This document shows, piece after piece, positions 45,485 through 60,329 of a stretch of 64,000 bases of DNA (position 1 is the first letter of the stretch; each line of letters starts with the position of its first letter). The position numbers were made by a program, and so were the translations under genes. The notes under the pieces were generated by a model, which saw nothing but the letters and a program-made list of their open reading frames with translations, was not told where the DNA came from and did not search any database. Source of the DNA: the human T2T-CHM13v2.0 reference genome, Homo sapiens; contig CP068257.2 in NCBI GenBank assembly GCA_009914755.4, positions 28,896,001 through 28,960,000 of the forward strand, written 5' to 3'.

Positions 45485-47900
45485 CACATATTTGCTGAAT
45501 GAATTAATGCATGGATGTGTGAATGAATAGATGAATTCTTACAAGAAACGTATTAATGGCTCAGAATGATTTTAAACAAAAGGAAATCTTTTATACTGGG
45601 TAACTAAATATTAACTAATCTCTGTAGTAAAATGTTGACAGTTAAATCATGTGCCCTCAATGAGATTACCTCCCTCCTTTAAAGTTTTGGTCATTTAGAT
45701 TTCAGTTTTTGAATTCATTAGTAGTTTTCACGGCATTACATGTATCCTGATAACCCCGTTTTAAGGAGACAGTTTGTAAATAACATCCAAGATTACAAGG
45801 TGATTTACAGCTTGGAGTACTTATTTGATTATAGGTAGAAGGAAGGCATATAAAGCTAAGTTTGGCAAACAGTTTTGTAGCATTAGGACCAAAATTGTTG
45901 TACAACCAGAAGATTCTCCTCTGCGCTTATATTTTAACAAGTATTGATTACTTGGCATGAATTCCACCTGTGTGACTTTATTTTTTCAGACATTTAAGCA
46001 TTGATCGAAGACCTGGATGGCCAACATCATTTATGAGATCTTGATATACACATAATTTATATTTAGGATTCCAGTAATGCTGACCATGTTTTGTCACTCA
46101 AAAGCATAATCGTTATTGTTGTGAATGTGTTACTGTCATTTTTTATCTGGAGAATAGAATGTTTAGTTAAGCCCATTACCTCATGCTCTTGGGCCTTAAT
46201 ACCAGGATAAAAGCAAGATACAGGTGCTTGGATAGCTGTGATTAAACAGCTTAGATAATTCAGTAAGTTTCAAACATATTTACATAAAAACAATTAGAAA
46301 AAGATAGTTTAAAAGCTTTCAGAAAAAATAAGATAATTTTCTTTAAAATTATCTTTAAAATAAATTTCTTTAAAAATAAAAACATTTCATAGTATTTTAA
46401 TGTGACTTGTAATTGGCACAAAAAGGAAATATCTTGCACCAAGATAAATTTAATTATTGTTAAATATGTGCTCAATAATTTTATTCTAGTCTGTTATTTA
46501 TTAATTTCTTAAAGAAACATACCTTTAGATACTAACATTTTGCTCAGAGCCCAGGTTCCTTTTCAATCTAATTAATTTATTTATGTCAACACATTTGACT
46601 AAGAGCAGTTCTTTCTTGCAAGTAACTTCTCCTCCAGAGATCCTAAGGCTTTGCTGGATTTTATTCATAGAGCTCTTTCAGCCTGCCATCTCCTTTAACA
46701 GCCCTCAATGACAAGACAGCTCATTCTGGCAAAATAGAAAAGGAGTGCTTTGATTTAAGAAGAAGGACATGTGAAACAACAGAGGCATGTTTTCACTATA
46801 TGTTTACAAATGTAATACAAAATCTATATAGTAGCTTCTTGTGCATCCCACTAAAGTGAAGTTCTACCATATTGGTTCATTAGTGATACAGCAAGTCCAA
46901 AGTCATCTATCCCTTGGCATGGAAGCGATGATAGCAAACTTGGCATGTGAGGTACAATGAATCTCCCTATTCCACTGGCTTTGAATTTATTAAAAATTTG
47001 TATTAATGTCCAGAACTATTGGGGAACTAACACTTGTTGAGTACAGTTTTATTTCTTATATCATTAAAACATCACACAATCCAAAGAGATAAATATATCC
47101 TCACTTTTACAAATTAAAAAACTGAGGCAAAAAGAAGTCGAGTAATTGGCTAAAAGTCATATGAAAAGTAAGGAGAACAGTGATGGTCCAAACTCAGACC
47201 TACCCAGCTATGTGACGGTAGCATCGCTTTATAAAAATTCATTTTTTATCTGTTCCTTTTAACTTAAAAAATGCCTACTACCATACATATCACTTGTCCT
47301 TTCCTTGGAAAAATCAAGGGTTAAAATATTTGATGTTTTCTCAGCACACCTCTTTAGAGCAGACATGAACACAATGTGCCTTGAAATTTACTCCACTCAC
47401 CATTTAGAAAGATGGAAATTGGAGTGATACCAGATTTTTTTTCTAACCTATCCTATAAAGACACACTAAAAATCACCTTCTAATAAGGGAATACCACACT
47501 GGGCATGAGTAAACAGGGATTACAACAAGCTGACCAGCTATAAACCATGAGACATACTGCATGGTTTTTCAGATCTTCTGCAAATAAGCTGAAGAACGAC
47601 AGTCAAAAGGATGTGAAGTACAAAACACGAATTATGGCTGCAGGGAAGCTCAACATGAGATGATGCAGCGAACATACAGTCTGACTGAAAAGGCCAAAAG
47701 CCAGGGTATGTAAGGAAAATAAAGCTACTGTTTTGGATAATAGCATTGGTTGTGCTGTGACTAAAATGACTAAATGAGATTGAAAATCTACCATGATTAA
47801 AATTAATTAATATAAATTATTGCAGTACCATGGAGGACCTGGTTCTTAACAATGCACACTCTGTGGAAGAAAGCATTCATTCATGTATTGGTATTTTTAG

Positions 47901-48229
<329 letters not shown>

Positions 48230-49099
48230 TATATATTTATAATTTGTAATTGATGTGTTAATTCATTATTTGGGAGTTAACAAACTCAGGAGCCAGAACA
48301 CTGTTAACAGGGACTCTGCTAAGTGCTGAGAATACAAACATATATCAGGCAAGAACAAAGGCTTCAATAATTCGTAATTATGATTTATACTTCCTGCTTT
48401 GTACATTTGTGCCTTTATGTACACAGTTTTCTCCACCTGAAATGACCTTCCATCTTGACTTCATCTGGCTACTTCATCATTGTCATAGAAAACCCCCCTT
48501 ATTTGTCTCTGCACCCTGAATGAGTCACCTTATCCTCTATCTCTTGTCCATATTTTATGTTTCCATAACACCCCTGTGGTCTTTCCTCTCACAGCGCTTA
48601 CCTGTAATGTAGACTCACCTGTCTACTAACTTACTAAACTATAAGCTCTTTCATGGTAGGGATTATGTCTTGTTTCTCTTTTTATAATAGATGCTCAGTT
48701 TACACCATGTGTGTAAATGAATGAATGAATAAATCTTATTGGGATAGATCTAAAATAAATGGTAAAAAAACAAAGTCTATGTCTTATAATTAAGTAAGGG
48801 AAGAGTTCTGTGGGCAATGAGTGAAGAGATCATCTGGGTCTGCCTGACATGACTAAGTAGGTTCTGTGGGAGGCAGGCAAAGAAACACTTCTCAGATAAT
48901 GCAGTGCTCCAGTGAAGACTTCACAGTTGACTCAGCTATAGCTCATCAGGCAGAATAGATTTTCTCATAGATGTTGTGAGTTATCCACAGATAAGAAGGA
49001 CTGAGAATGCATGCCATGGTCAGCAAATTTTTAGTAGAAAAAACAGGATAAAATGACTGTTGGTATATGAAGGAGAAGCAGAAAATGACACCAGACTCT

Positions 49100-49545
49100 G
49101 ATATGGTTTGGCTCTGTGTCCCCACCCAATTCTCATCTCAAGTTGTAATCCCCGCGAGTCCAGGAAGGAACTTGGTGGGAAGTAGGTAGATATGGGGGCG
49201 GTATCCCCCATGCTGTTTTCATGAGAGTGAGGGAGTTCTCATGAGATCTAATGGTTTAAAAGTGGCAGTTTCCCCTGTGCTCTCTCTTTCCTGCTGCCAT
49301 GTAAGATGTGCCTTGCTTTCCCTTCACCTTCTGCCATGATTATAAGTTTCCTGAGGCCTCGTCAGCCATGCAGAACTGTGAGTTATATGGTTTCTGTGTT
49401 ATATAGTTTCTATATAGTTATATAGAACGGTGAGGATATAGTTTCTTCTGAGACTAAGAAGCCAGCTCTTACCTTTACAGATTACCCAATCTTGGGCAGT
49501 TCTTTATAGCAGTGTGAAAACAGACTAATACAAACACTAACCCAG
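49100..49545 (+). mobile_element. MaLR (MST/THE1-like) solo LTR with an ~80-bp internal non-LTR insertion
   Basis: tgatatggtttggctctgtgtccccacccaattctcatctcaagttgtaatccccgcgagtcc...ggtgggaagtaggtagatatggggg...ctgccatgtaagatgtgccttgctttccc...ccatgcagaactgtgag[...insert...]ttacctttacagattacccaatcttgggcagttctttatagcagtgtgaaaacagactaatacaaacac. Confidence 0.7.
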
Positions 49546-52500
49546 ACTGGATCATGAAGGAGTCTTATGCCCTGCTTATAAGGTCAGATTTTGTGCATTA
49601 ATTGATGGAGCCAAAGAGCAAGGACAGACCTCCCGCTGACAGCAGGAAAACAGTCTTTCAGGTAGACTAGTAAGAAGCACCAAAAATGCAAGAGAACCAA
49701 AGTAAGAAAAGCATATAACAGAAGCCAAGGAATGAAGTGGCCGTTAGTGCCAAATGACACTAGGAGGGCAAACATGAGATATCAAAAAGACTGAGTAATT
49801 AGTGGGCCATTGGTGACCTAAATGAGAACAATCCTTGGGTTACAGTGAGAGGAAGAGACAAGTTAGAGTGTATTGAAGACTGAATGAGAAGCATCAGAGA
49901 AAACTATATCAAACCTTAGATTTAAAGAAGGTTAGAGAAAGCTAGCCAGGAGTGATCTGGTGTTGAGACAGGCTTTTTTAATATCAAAAGACTTGAGCAT
50001 GTTTATAGACTGACTGTAAGGCGTCAGTGGAAAAAAAAAGAAGCTAAAATATAGTAGACAGAGAGGAAAATTTATCAAGCAAGGCGTTGAAGGAGATGGC
50101 ATTTAAAGCAAAAGTGGAAGAATGATTTTTCTGAAGAGGAGAGAGGATATAGTTTCTTCTGAGACTAAGATAAAAGGCTAAAAGACAGGTGCAAATGTAG
50201 ATAAGTGTGTGGGAAGGGAGTTGATAGAGTTTTCCCGTGATAGATTCTCCTTTCTCCATGAAAAAGAGGCAATTGTTACAAGCAGAAGGAGGAGCAGAAG
50301 GCAGAAGTAAGCTTTGAACAAGGGGCTTTAGAGATAATAGTGAAGGGGTGGAGTAGCTGCACTGAAAGCAAGAAAGAAAGAGTCCTGAAAACAAGTGAAA
50401 GGATTCCCAAATAGCACCAAGGACTCAGTCAAAACAAGAATCCTGTAAATGCATGGTGGCAACATTCCATGAGGTTCTGGGATTTCCTCCAATAGCAGCG
50501 AGGAGCCTGAGTTTGGAGGAGAGAAGCCTTGGATTAATGCACAGATGAAGGTTTGCAGCGTAGGGGAATAGGAAGAGGAGATAATTTGCTGAAAGAAGTG
50601 TGATTGATGAGATAAATAGGATAGATCAAGGGCCATATAGTTTGTGGTTTAAACTGGATATGAGTGGTGCACTATTAAAAATAATGTCAGGACAGTAGAT
50701 ATAAACCAAAGGACACATAGGAAATTAAGTGAAGAACATGACAGATTAAAAGAGGTGTCGGATAAGGAACAATCAATCTATATTATTTCAATAAAATGGC
50801 ATGGCTATAATAGAGGTGTGAAGAACTGGGACAATTGAGATTTACTGACTTGGGTTTCATTTTTAGAAAAAGAGAACCGTCTGATATTAAGTGTGGCTCA
50901 GGGAATGACTTGCTAAAGTAGAACAGAGGTGATGAGATTGAGGAATTTTGAGGCCAGAGTGCTTAAATTGGTTGTCTACCTGATAATTTGATGAACTAAA
51001 TGTAAGAATAGAATTTGGAGCCCGGTGCGATAGTCTTTGAAGTATGTAAGTTAGAGACTGTGATGGTGGTATAGTAGATGGCAGTTACTGGAAACCGTGA
51101 TAAGGTGCTGGATCAAATAAAGTAAATATATAAGGTACCTAAAAGAAAAGCCTGATAGTGCCCAATGAGCAGGAAGTCGTCTTTGTTATCTGCCAGGAAA
51201 CCCAAGCCTGTATGCCAGCTTTATCCATCTGCTAAGCACAGAGAAAACAAAGGCAGCCAGCCAAAGAAGATTGTCCTAGCCCTTGCTGTTCCTTCTTCCC
51301 TGCTTTTTGACTCAGCATAGGGTACAGAAAGCAGCTAGTTTGTGGTTAAAGAGGTAAACATTAAAAGTAGAGAACAAAATGATCATGCTCCATTCCGCTC
51401 TCCTACCACAGGTTGCTAACTCTGTGTCATCTGGACCATTGTTTTTTACACTTGTGCTTTGGTTTTCTTATTTATAAAATGACAGTAATATTTGGATTTA
51501 CTTAATGAGGTTATGGAAAATATAAAATGAGTTTATAGACATCAAGCACTTAGATGAGAGATTTGCATGTAATAGTAAGTGCCATGTGGCAGGTACTACC
51601 ATTTATCATCATCATCATCACCATCATTTGTCATCACACATTGAGTGTTGGGTCTGCAAGCCTTTCCCTCTCGCTAGCCTAGAGTTTGCATGTGCTACTC
51701 ACATAGGGAGTTGTGTTTGAATGGGTTGTGAATACCCAAAGTCAATCTAGAAAGGGCTAGAAGAGAAGGCAGCAGCAGGAGAATAGATTAGATGGGAAAA
51801 AGCAGAGAACAGACCAAGGAGCATTTGAGGCCCAGATGCCTGGAGGATCTGCTATTTAAGTGAACAGTAAGAAGTCACTGTGTAGACAGATTGCTACCCA
51901 CATCTCAAGTGTATTTGATCAAACTTTCACCAGACCAGCATCTACAGCTGCACATGAATGTGCAAGTGTAGTAAATTGTATCATTATTCCCAAGTATTCT
52001 TTCTTGTTTGCTCTGTAAAAAAAGTATACATTCAGAACTCCACTGAAGCTGGGTTTATTATGTGACCTGTTTGCTCAAGGAATACAAGGAGATGTAATTG
52101 ACATCACATCTGAACACACCCTTTCGGAGATACAACTAGTTTTGCCAGCAATCTTGCCTTTCTCTGTTGCCACAAAATGTCCTCAAGCAAGGCTGTTCCT
52201 TCTGCCTGGGTCCCAGGAAGGGAAAACAGGAAAAGAAGACACACAGCAGTTGACCCAAACATGTAACATGAGTGAAAAACAATGACTTGTTTTTGTAGTT
52301 AGCTGTGAGGCTGAAATTGTCACCTGAGCAAAGCTTACTATGCAGAAATTGTTACAAAAGGTAGAATGTTAATATATTTAAAAACAGATATCTGTAATTG
52401 CTTTTAGATTAATGTGGTGGGCAGGGGAGAAAGCTCTAAGTGGAAGGTGGAAAAATGTTGACCCATTTTACACAGTGCAAAATATTTGGTAGAATTTTGG

Positions 52501-52785
52501 TTTGTAATAATTTTGAAAGACGGAAATGAACTTCTGGCTTCAGATGAAGAGATCATGAAGCAGAATGCATTACTGTGCCTTTTTTTGTTATTTTTCCATT
52601 TAGTCAGCTTTTTGCAGTGTTATCAGAGGTTAATATGCTATAACTAACTTTCTATAAATAAATCATGAATTATTAGGTATTAAATTGTTAAAAACTTTAT
52701 GTAATTAACTTCATTTTTATGTCAACAAATGAAATTCCTTGGTTTTTGTTTTGTTTTGTTATTTTGTTGTTGTTTTGTTTTGTTT

Positions 52786-52933
52786 TGAGACAGAGTCTCA
52801 CTCTGTTGCCCAGGCTGGAGTGCAGGGGCATGCGATCTCAGCTCACTGCAATGTCTGCCTTCTGAGCTCAAGCAATTCTCTTGCCTCAGCCTCCCGAGTA
52901 ACTGAGATTACAGGCACGCACTACCATGCCCAG
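52786..52933 (-). mobile_element. Truncated Alu (about 150 bp, right-monomer half), minus orientation; (GTTTT)n at 52741-52785
   Basis: gagacagagtctcactctgttgcccaggctggagtgcaggggcatgcgatctcagctcactgcaatgtctgcc ... ctcccgagtaactgagattacaggcacgcactaccatgcccag, then it breaks off. Confidence 0.75.
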
Positions 52934-55479
52934 TTATAAAATTCCTTGTTTTATCCACTATTATTTCTTGTGATGTTATCTCTGGAGGAAAAGGTGAATA
53001 AATAGAAGATATATTTTACATCTATAAAAAATTTTATTGAACTTTAAAATCCCAAGAAAAAAGATTGTAAGAAAAAGAAGTAAATAAGTACAAACCAACA
53101 TTCATTTTGCTCATTTCAGCTTATATATAGTTAAAAAACTGTTAGTATCAATAAGAAGAATCTCATTTTAATGCGTAATATCATGGTTCTTTTATTTTCT
53201 GGTACGTAATGTGTTGTCATTTAAATTCAAATAAAATTTAAGGCTGATGTGTGAGTTTAATAAATACAATTTATGATTAGTAAAATGTGGATATTTATTT
53301 TAGGAAAAAATAGAAAATATTAGATTGGCACAAAAATTATTGCATTTTATGTCATTACTTTTAATAGCAAAAACCTCAAGAACTTTCGCACCAATCTAAT
53401 AAATGAAAAGGAAGTAAAACTTTTACATTTCCATTGCCCTACAATAATCAATACCAATATTTTCATGTATATTCTTCCTATATTTTTCCATTTCTATTTT
53501 AACATTTTGAAATTATTCTGCATACACATTTTTAGGCTGGGTTTTTTCTTTGGTATTAATATTTTCTAATGGCATCAACATTTTCTAAAAGATCATTTTG
53601 TTGACTGTATAAGATTCCCAAAATATTTTATGATTTAATGATTTTTGAATCAATCCCATATTGTGGAATATCATTATATTTCAAACAACAAGGAAATTGA
53701 CCCTTTGGGGACAGTACCTACCGTCATCACATTGAGCCATGTTTTTTGCTTCCTTTAAACAGACGAACATCTGTGACAATTTTCTAGTATTAATTAGCAG
53801 GCTGCTCCAAGATGGGCATTTTCTTCTCCCAGAAGATAGAAAACTTTGAGGGAGAAGACAATGAAACACCTGCAGATTATATATATTTTTTCTGTTAAAG
53901 AATTTTAACGATGCTTTTTAGAATACCACATGAAATAAGAGAGTTGAAATTGGATGTCAACAAGGGCACACCACATCTGTTGTAAGAGAAGGTAATGAGG
54001 AGAGCCTGACAAAGGCCCCTATTCAGAACATGAACTCACTTAACTTTCAGAGTCTCACTCAGCTGCACAGTGTGAAAATCTTTCTGCTGACAACCCTAAC
54101 CAATGAAGGATAAATGCTGTTCCTATGCTAGACACATTTGAAAAAGCCAGTCTTCATGCAGAGTTATTGAAGTAAAGAGAGAACAGGCTCAATATTGGTA
54201 AGAAATAATGTATCAATAAAGGACAAAAAAATACTTTTTTGACATTTACCCTCTTGCTCTAAGAATTACATCTTATTACCATTTAAGGAATCAATCATAT
54301 GAATTATGTCTCAATAAATGTTAAATATTACATTTGTTTTATGAAAATTGTGTGATTTTACATAGTATTATTCAACCTGCTTTTTGACTTAAAATAGAAT
54401 GTAATTTTCAAAATAATGATAATAGAATTCTATCTCATTATTTTTTAAAAAGTATATAGAAGAAAAACCGTAACTTACAGCCACATCAGAATAACTAGTC
54501 TTGGACTTGCCTTCCCACTACATTAAGCTAGACAAAATATGTGAAATAATTATTCTCAAAAATTGTACCTCAGATAGTTTAGGACAACAGTGCCCTAAAA
54601 AGGGAAACAAGCTATTTGAGTCCTAAAATCACCAAGCTTTCTACCCATAATTCTCTCAGGCCTACTCCCTTAGTTCATTTTGTGCTCCTCTAACAGAATA
54701 CCTGAAATTGGAGCATTTACAAAGAACAGAGATTCATTTTTCACAGTTCTGGAGGGCAGAAAGTCCAAGGTTGAGTGTCCCAGAGCTGGCAAGGAAGATC
54801 TTGCTGTACCATCCCATGGCAGAAGGCAGAAGGGCGAGAGGGCATGTGAGAGTGAAGAAGGGCACCAAACTCATCCTTTTATCTGGAGTCCACTCCCACA
54901 CTAACAGCATTCATTCACCAATGAGCCCCCATGACCTAACAAACTCTTAAAGGTCCCACCTCGCAATAATGTTGCATTGATGATTCAGTTTCTAATATAT
55001 GGACTTAAGGGGACACATTCAAATCACGGCACCTACATTTCAGGGAGGGAAAACCCAGTGACAGCACAATGATCTTACTGTGTTGAGGACAAAGATGTCA
55101 AAGTCTAAAGAGTGTCTGTACATTTAAAGTAAGAACAGAAAAAAGGACTACACAAAGAAAGAAATCTAGTTATTTACAGAGTGGTCCTCACGAGCAAGCT
55201 TTGTTGAACACTAAGACACAAAGTGAATAGCGAAACTCCCTGAGAAGGAGAAAAGAACAGCTGAGCATGTGCAAGCCAAATAATCTCCAGAACTCATGGA
55301 GGACTGGGAGATACATTTGAGTTCTTCGAATCGGAGTGGAGAGACTTTATTGAAAAGCAGACCCCCAAAAAAGGGCACCTCACTAGTTAGGTCAACTGGC
55401 ATTGCAGTGAAGGTTACATTGGATGCACCAAGTTGTGAAACTATCAAAGAATACAAAAGTAACTACCAGCAAAACCGAC

Positions 55480-57900
55480 ATCCACACTAAAGAAAGACAA
55501 CAAAATCTACGTTCTAAACAACATGTCACTAACGTTGGCATGTATTAAATATTATTAGGCAAGCAAAGAAACAGAAAAGAGTTGTGAATGTTTGGAAACA
55601 AAATAAGTCAGTAAAACAAAACCAGAAATAACAGAGATGATAGAATGAGTATATTGAGACCTTAAAAGAAGTGTCATAAATATGCTGAAGGATGTAAAGG
55701 AATTCATGAAAATGAGAAGATAAGTGAAAGATAAAAAAATTTTAAATCTACATCTCAAAAATACATGTCATACTGACGTAAAAATTCAAAGGATGATATT
55801 AAAATCGTATTTAACACTGCAGAAGGAAAGATCAGTGAATTTGAAAATTGAGCAATAGAGATTACCAAAACTTACATACAGAGAGAAAAAATGAACTTAA
55901 CAAAAATAACGATCAGATCCTCAGTTATCTGTGGAACAATATTGACTAGTGGACTATGTATTTATACATTGTATAAACATGTACAGGACAGAGAAACAGG
56001 ACAATTTACATATGTACATATATGTTTATTTATGTATAGTTGAGAATGAGGAAGAGAGATTGATTGTACGAACTGTCTCTCATACAGCTGTGGAGGCTCG
56101 GAAGTCCCATCGCCTGCCATCTGTAAGCTGGACAGTCAGAAAAATCCAGTGGCAAGATTTAGTCCAAGTCTAAACGTTTGAGAACTGGGGTGAGAGGGCG
56201 CGGTGTAAGTCTATGTCTGAGTCCAAAACTCTGAGAACCAGGAGCACTCATGTCCAAGCACAGAAGATAGATGTCTCAGCTTAATCGGAGAGTGAATGTG
56301 CCTTTCTTTTGCTATTTTATTCTATTTAGTCCCTGAACAGACTGATTTATGTCCACCTGCGTTGAGACATAGATCCATTGAGAGGGATCTTCTTTACTCA
56401 GTCTACTGATTCAAATGCTAATCTCTTCTGGAAAACCTTCATCAACACACCCAAAATAACATTTTACCAGTAATCTGAGTATCCCTTAACCCAATCAACT
56501 TGACACACAAAATGAAACATTGTGTACATTTAGAAGAGGGGGGATCAGAAAAAGTACTTGAAAAATAAATGGCTGAAATATTTCCCAAAAAACACCTATA
56601 ATTCTGAAGAGCAAAGAAGCTGCACAGGAACCAAGTAACAAGAACACACACACACAACACACACACACACGGAGATTATCATAATCAATATACAGGTAAA
56701 ATGAAAACATTTTATAAAATGTCTAATTTCTTGAATAATCAACCTTAATCAAAAAGAATAATCATAATTTATGGGGTTTATGACATATAAAGGTAAAATT
56801 TATAACAACGATAGCAAAGGGTGATGGCAAGTAAGCATACTGCTACAAGGTTAATATATCAAGCATGAAATGGCACAGTGTGTTAATTAAGATGCATACC
56901 ATAGTTCTTAAAGCAGACATTACTGTAATAAATTTAGGCATATCTAATAAATAGTGGCAAAAACAAAATGCTAAAATATCAATTAATCCAAATAAAAACA
57001 GGAAAAAGAAGAAAAAGGAAAAAACAGATGAACCATAAACTGAGAAAATAATCTATACTTATTTGTTGGCTCATCTGTTCTTTCCCTTTTCCCCCTTATT
57101 TAAAGCTTGTATAACCAAATAATCAGAAGAAAACCAATTCAATAGAAAAGGGCAAAAGATTTAAACAAGTGTTTCACAAAAGATGATATGTGGATGGCAA
57201 ATGTGCATATGAAATGATGCACAACATTTTGAGTCTTCGAATTAAAGCCAAAATGAAATAACACTAAACACTTTATGAAATGACTGAAATGCAAAAGAAT
57301 GACAATACCAAGTGATGGTGAGAATGTGGAGGAATTAGAATGCTCATGCATTGATTAAGGAATGCAAATTGTACATCCTCTGAACAAAAGTTTAGCAAAT
57401 AAAGTCAAGCATGCTTTTACCATATGACCCACGCCCCCAAAAAGCATATGTCCATCATATTCATATTAACTTCAACCTTTAAAAAAAGTCAGAAACAGGT
57501 AAATGGATAAATAAATTATTTAATTCATTCAATGGGATGCTTCTCAATCATAATAACAAAAGGAGTACAGACACACACCAAAATAAGAATAAATCATAGA
57601 AGTACTCTGCATTATATCATCGTTATGTCCTTTTAGAAACGACCAAAGTAATGTATCGTGGTACAAATCATATCAGTGGCTACTTGGGGACTGGTTTAGG
57701 GTAAGGATTTACTTCTAAGATGTATCAGAGAAAGTTTGGGATTATGGAAAATTTTGATATCTTCATTGTGGTGGTGGTGACAGTTATACAGTTATATATT
57801 TGTCTATGTTCAGAAAAATCTGATCTTAGAGTGCATTTTATTTTATATAAACCATATTCCAATAAAGTTTATTTTCAAATTTCTGGTATTTTCCTAAATG
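55480..57900 (+). mobile_element. Ancient L1 (L1M-type) element, sense orientation (ORF1-proximal region through the 3' end, with internal losses)
   Basis: gagaaaaaatgaacttaacaaaaataacgatcagatcctcagttatctgtggaacaatattgactagtg matches the L1M 5'/ORF1 region. At 57100-57880, aaagatgatatgtggatggcaaatgtgcatatgaaatgatgcacaacattt...ggtgagaatgtggaggaattagaa...tttaccatatgacccacgcccccaaaaagcatatgtccatc... is the L1M 3' end. Confidence 0.55.
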
Positions 57901-58070
57901 AATAAGCCATACATATACATTTATAGACATATATACAGTGTATAATGTGTCTATATAATGTGTTATGTATGTATATTATATATATATGTGTTCATATATA
58001 ATATTTATTCTTTTGTTAATGCTCCTCTGGAAGGTCTTCCTAAAATGTTTCTTTAAAATAGGTACAATTG

Positions 58071-58250
58071 CCAGGCATGGTGGCTTGTGCCTGTAATCAC
58101 AGCTACTCAGGAGTCAGAGGCAGGAGGATCTCCAGAGACTAAAAGTTAGATGTTGTGGTGAGTTATGATTGCATCACAGCATTCAGCCTGGGCAACAGCG
58201 TGAGAACCTGTTTCAAAATAAATAAATAACTAAATAATAAATAAAATAGC
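58071..58250 (+). mobile_element. Alu right-arm-only fragment (FRAM-like), plus orientation
   Basis: gccaggcatggtggcttgtgcctgtaatcacagctactcaggagtcagaggcaggaggatc ... cagcctgggcaacagcgtgagaacctgtttcaaaataaataaataac. Confidence 0.7.
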
Positions 58251-58505
58251 TAAAATTATTGAAAATTGGCACCACATGTTTATAAAATTCTATATCCTAA
58301 AAATACAATAAAACACTCATTTTCCTCTATCTGTGCTTTTATATATTATCAGTTATTTTAATTGTTAACCAGTCAGTAGAAAAAATTTTGTACTGTGATT
58401 CAATATCAGTATATTTCATTACTAGATAGAGTAAAAACCTTTGTATGTAATTGTTGGTTGTTCACATCTTTTCCTTTTGTAAATTGCATATATTATAGAG
58501 ATTAT

Positions 58506-58700
58506 CTTTTTTTAACTTTTATGCTCGGGGGTACAAATGCAGGTTTGCTGCATAGGTAGATTTGTGTCATGAGGATTTGTAGTACAGTTATTTTATCACC
58601 CAGATATTAAGCCTAGTACCCATTAGTTATTCTTCCTGGTCCTCTTTCTTCTCCCACCTTCTACCCTCCAAAAGGTCCCAGTGTGTGTTGTTCCCTTTTT
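58506..58700 (-). mobile_element. L1 3'-end fragment, antisense
   Basis: tgctcgggggtacaaatgcaggtttgctgcataggtagatttgtgtcatgaggatttgtagtacagttattttatcacccagatattaagcctagtacccattag ... aaaaggtcccagtgtgtgttgttccc. Confidence 0.65.
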
Positions 58701-59989
58701 TAAAATAGCTGATACATAATAATTAACTTTTTACAATCCAGGATTTTATTTTAGTCTTGTGTAACTGACTTTTGCAATGGAGGAAAGAGTTAATATTTTT
58801 ATAAAATAAAGTCAATCAATAACTTAGAGTGATTGGATTTTACATTTTCAGTAGGCAGGTCACTCCTAGAATTTTAGCAATGTTAATATTTATTTTCTTA
58901 TGTTTAGATATTTATTACCCCTGAAAATCATGGTTGTTACTGGAAGAAAAAAATATTTTTTCACACACACACACAAAAATACATAAACACAAACACTTTC
59001 TCAAAATGCTGGACAGTTCTTACATTATGTACCAAAATGTCCATCTTTTTTCCCCCTGGAATTTCTGTATTAATTAATTTTCTGTCCTATGATAGTGCCG
59101 TAGTTTTAAATCTCTCATCTCATTTCACTGTTTCAGTTTTTAATTCATTCCTAATATGTATATAGTAAAGTGCACTAATCCTACATATACAACTTAATGG
59201 ATTTTTATATATGTATACACTCATATAACCATTAGCTAGATCAAAATACAAAACATTTCCTCCACCCAGAAGATTCCACTGTGCCCTTTCTTATCCAATA
59301 CTCTCCTGCCCAGAGGTACCACTATTCTCACTTTTATTACTGATTAGTTTGTTCTTTTTTTGAACTTCCCATAACTAAATAAATAACAACATATGATGAG
59401 TATATTTTGTACCGATATGCATGTTGTTTCATTTTTGATACATAATTTTTTATTGATTTTTAAATCTGGTGTTCCAAACTGCCATAATGAAAGCATTGAT
59501 ACCCATTTGCACAATAAGTTAATAATTATGAAATACTATACAAAATATAGCAACCTCCGTCATTCTAGAGCACTAACTTGTATTGAGAATCAGAACTGTG
59601 TACAGGACTAAACACAAATTTTCAATCCTGCACAATCTCACCAAGAATCTTTCAGCTTTACCTTTCTAAAAGTTGATTTAATTTGGCATGACTGCAATAG
59701 AAATTAAAATGTTTAACCTTTAAATTTGTTAATCCATTAAATGGGATAATTTATGCAAATAATGAGCAGAGCCCCAACCTATATCTTAGTAAAAATGGAA
59801 TCACTTCCCTCTTATTTTCATTTTTCACCAGAGGAATGATCACCAACTTCTCTGCCCAGTCACTGGTTGGGCAAGTTGGGTTGGAACTGCTAATGGATTG
59901 ACTTTTTCACTCCAGGGAGGAAGGAATAGACAGCAATACAGTATTTTCACTTCCGTTTGCTTTCAGAAAGCCTGCACTTGGGGGCTGGG

Positions 59990-60329
59990 AGATACTTCAC
60001 TAGTCTCATATTGATCTATAAAGTGTGATCCCTACGTTGATCGTTGGTAGTTCTGCTACATTTAAGAGTAGCAAATGAATTAATATGTACTATTATCTGT
60101 TTATATTTTATTCTGATTGCTTTATCATAATTAATGACTAATCATTAATAATATTTAATAAGTGGATGGAATAAACATGATAAATTATCACAGGGAGTTT
60201 CATAGAAAGTCAGCTCTCATAATTAAGACCTATCACCAGAATGCATTTGGGCCAGAAATGTGGTTTGCAAGATGTTATTCTATCCAAGTCACCACTTTAA
60301 AAAATAGTAACAGGAATTCTGCTAGAAGA
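59990..60329. repeat. Left arm of a ~340-bp inverted repeat pair flanking KRTAP22-2
   Basis: The reverse complement of 59990-60329 matches 62131-62470 at roughly 95% identity. For example, the rc of 60301-60330 is atcttctagcagaattcctgttactatttt, against right-arm cttctagcagaattcctgttactatttttt. The rc of 60001-60060 is tgtagcagaactaccaacgatcaacgtagggatcacactttatagatcaatatgagacta, against right-arm tgtagcagaactaccaatgatcaacctagggatcatactttgtagatcaatgtgagactg. Confidence 0.85.
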
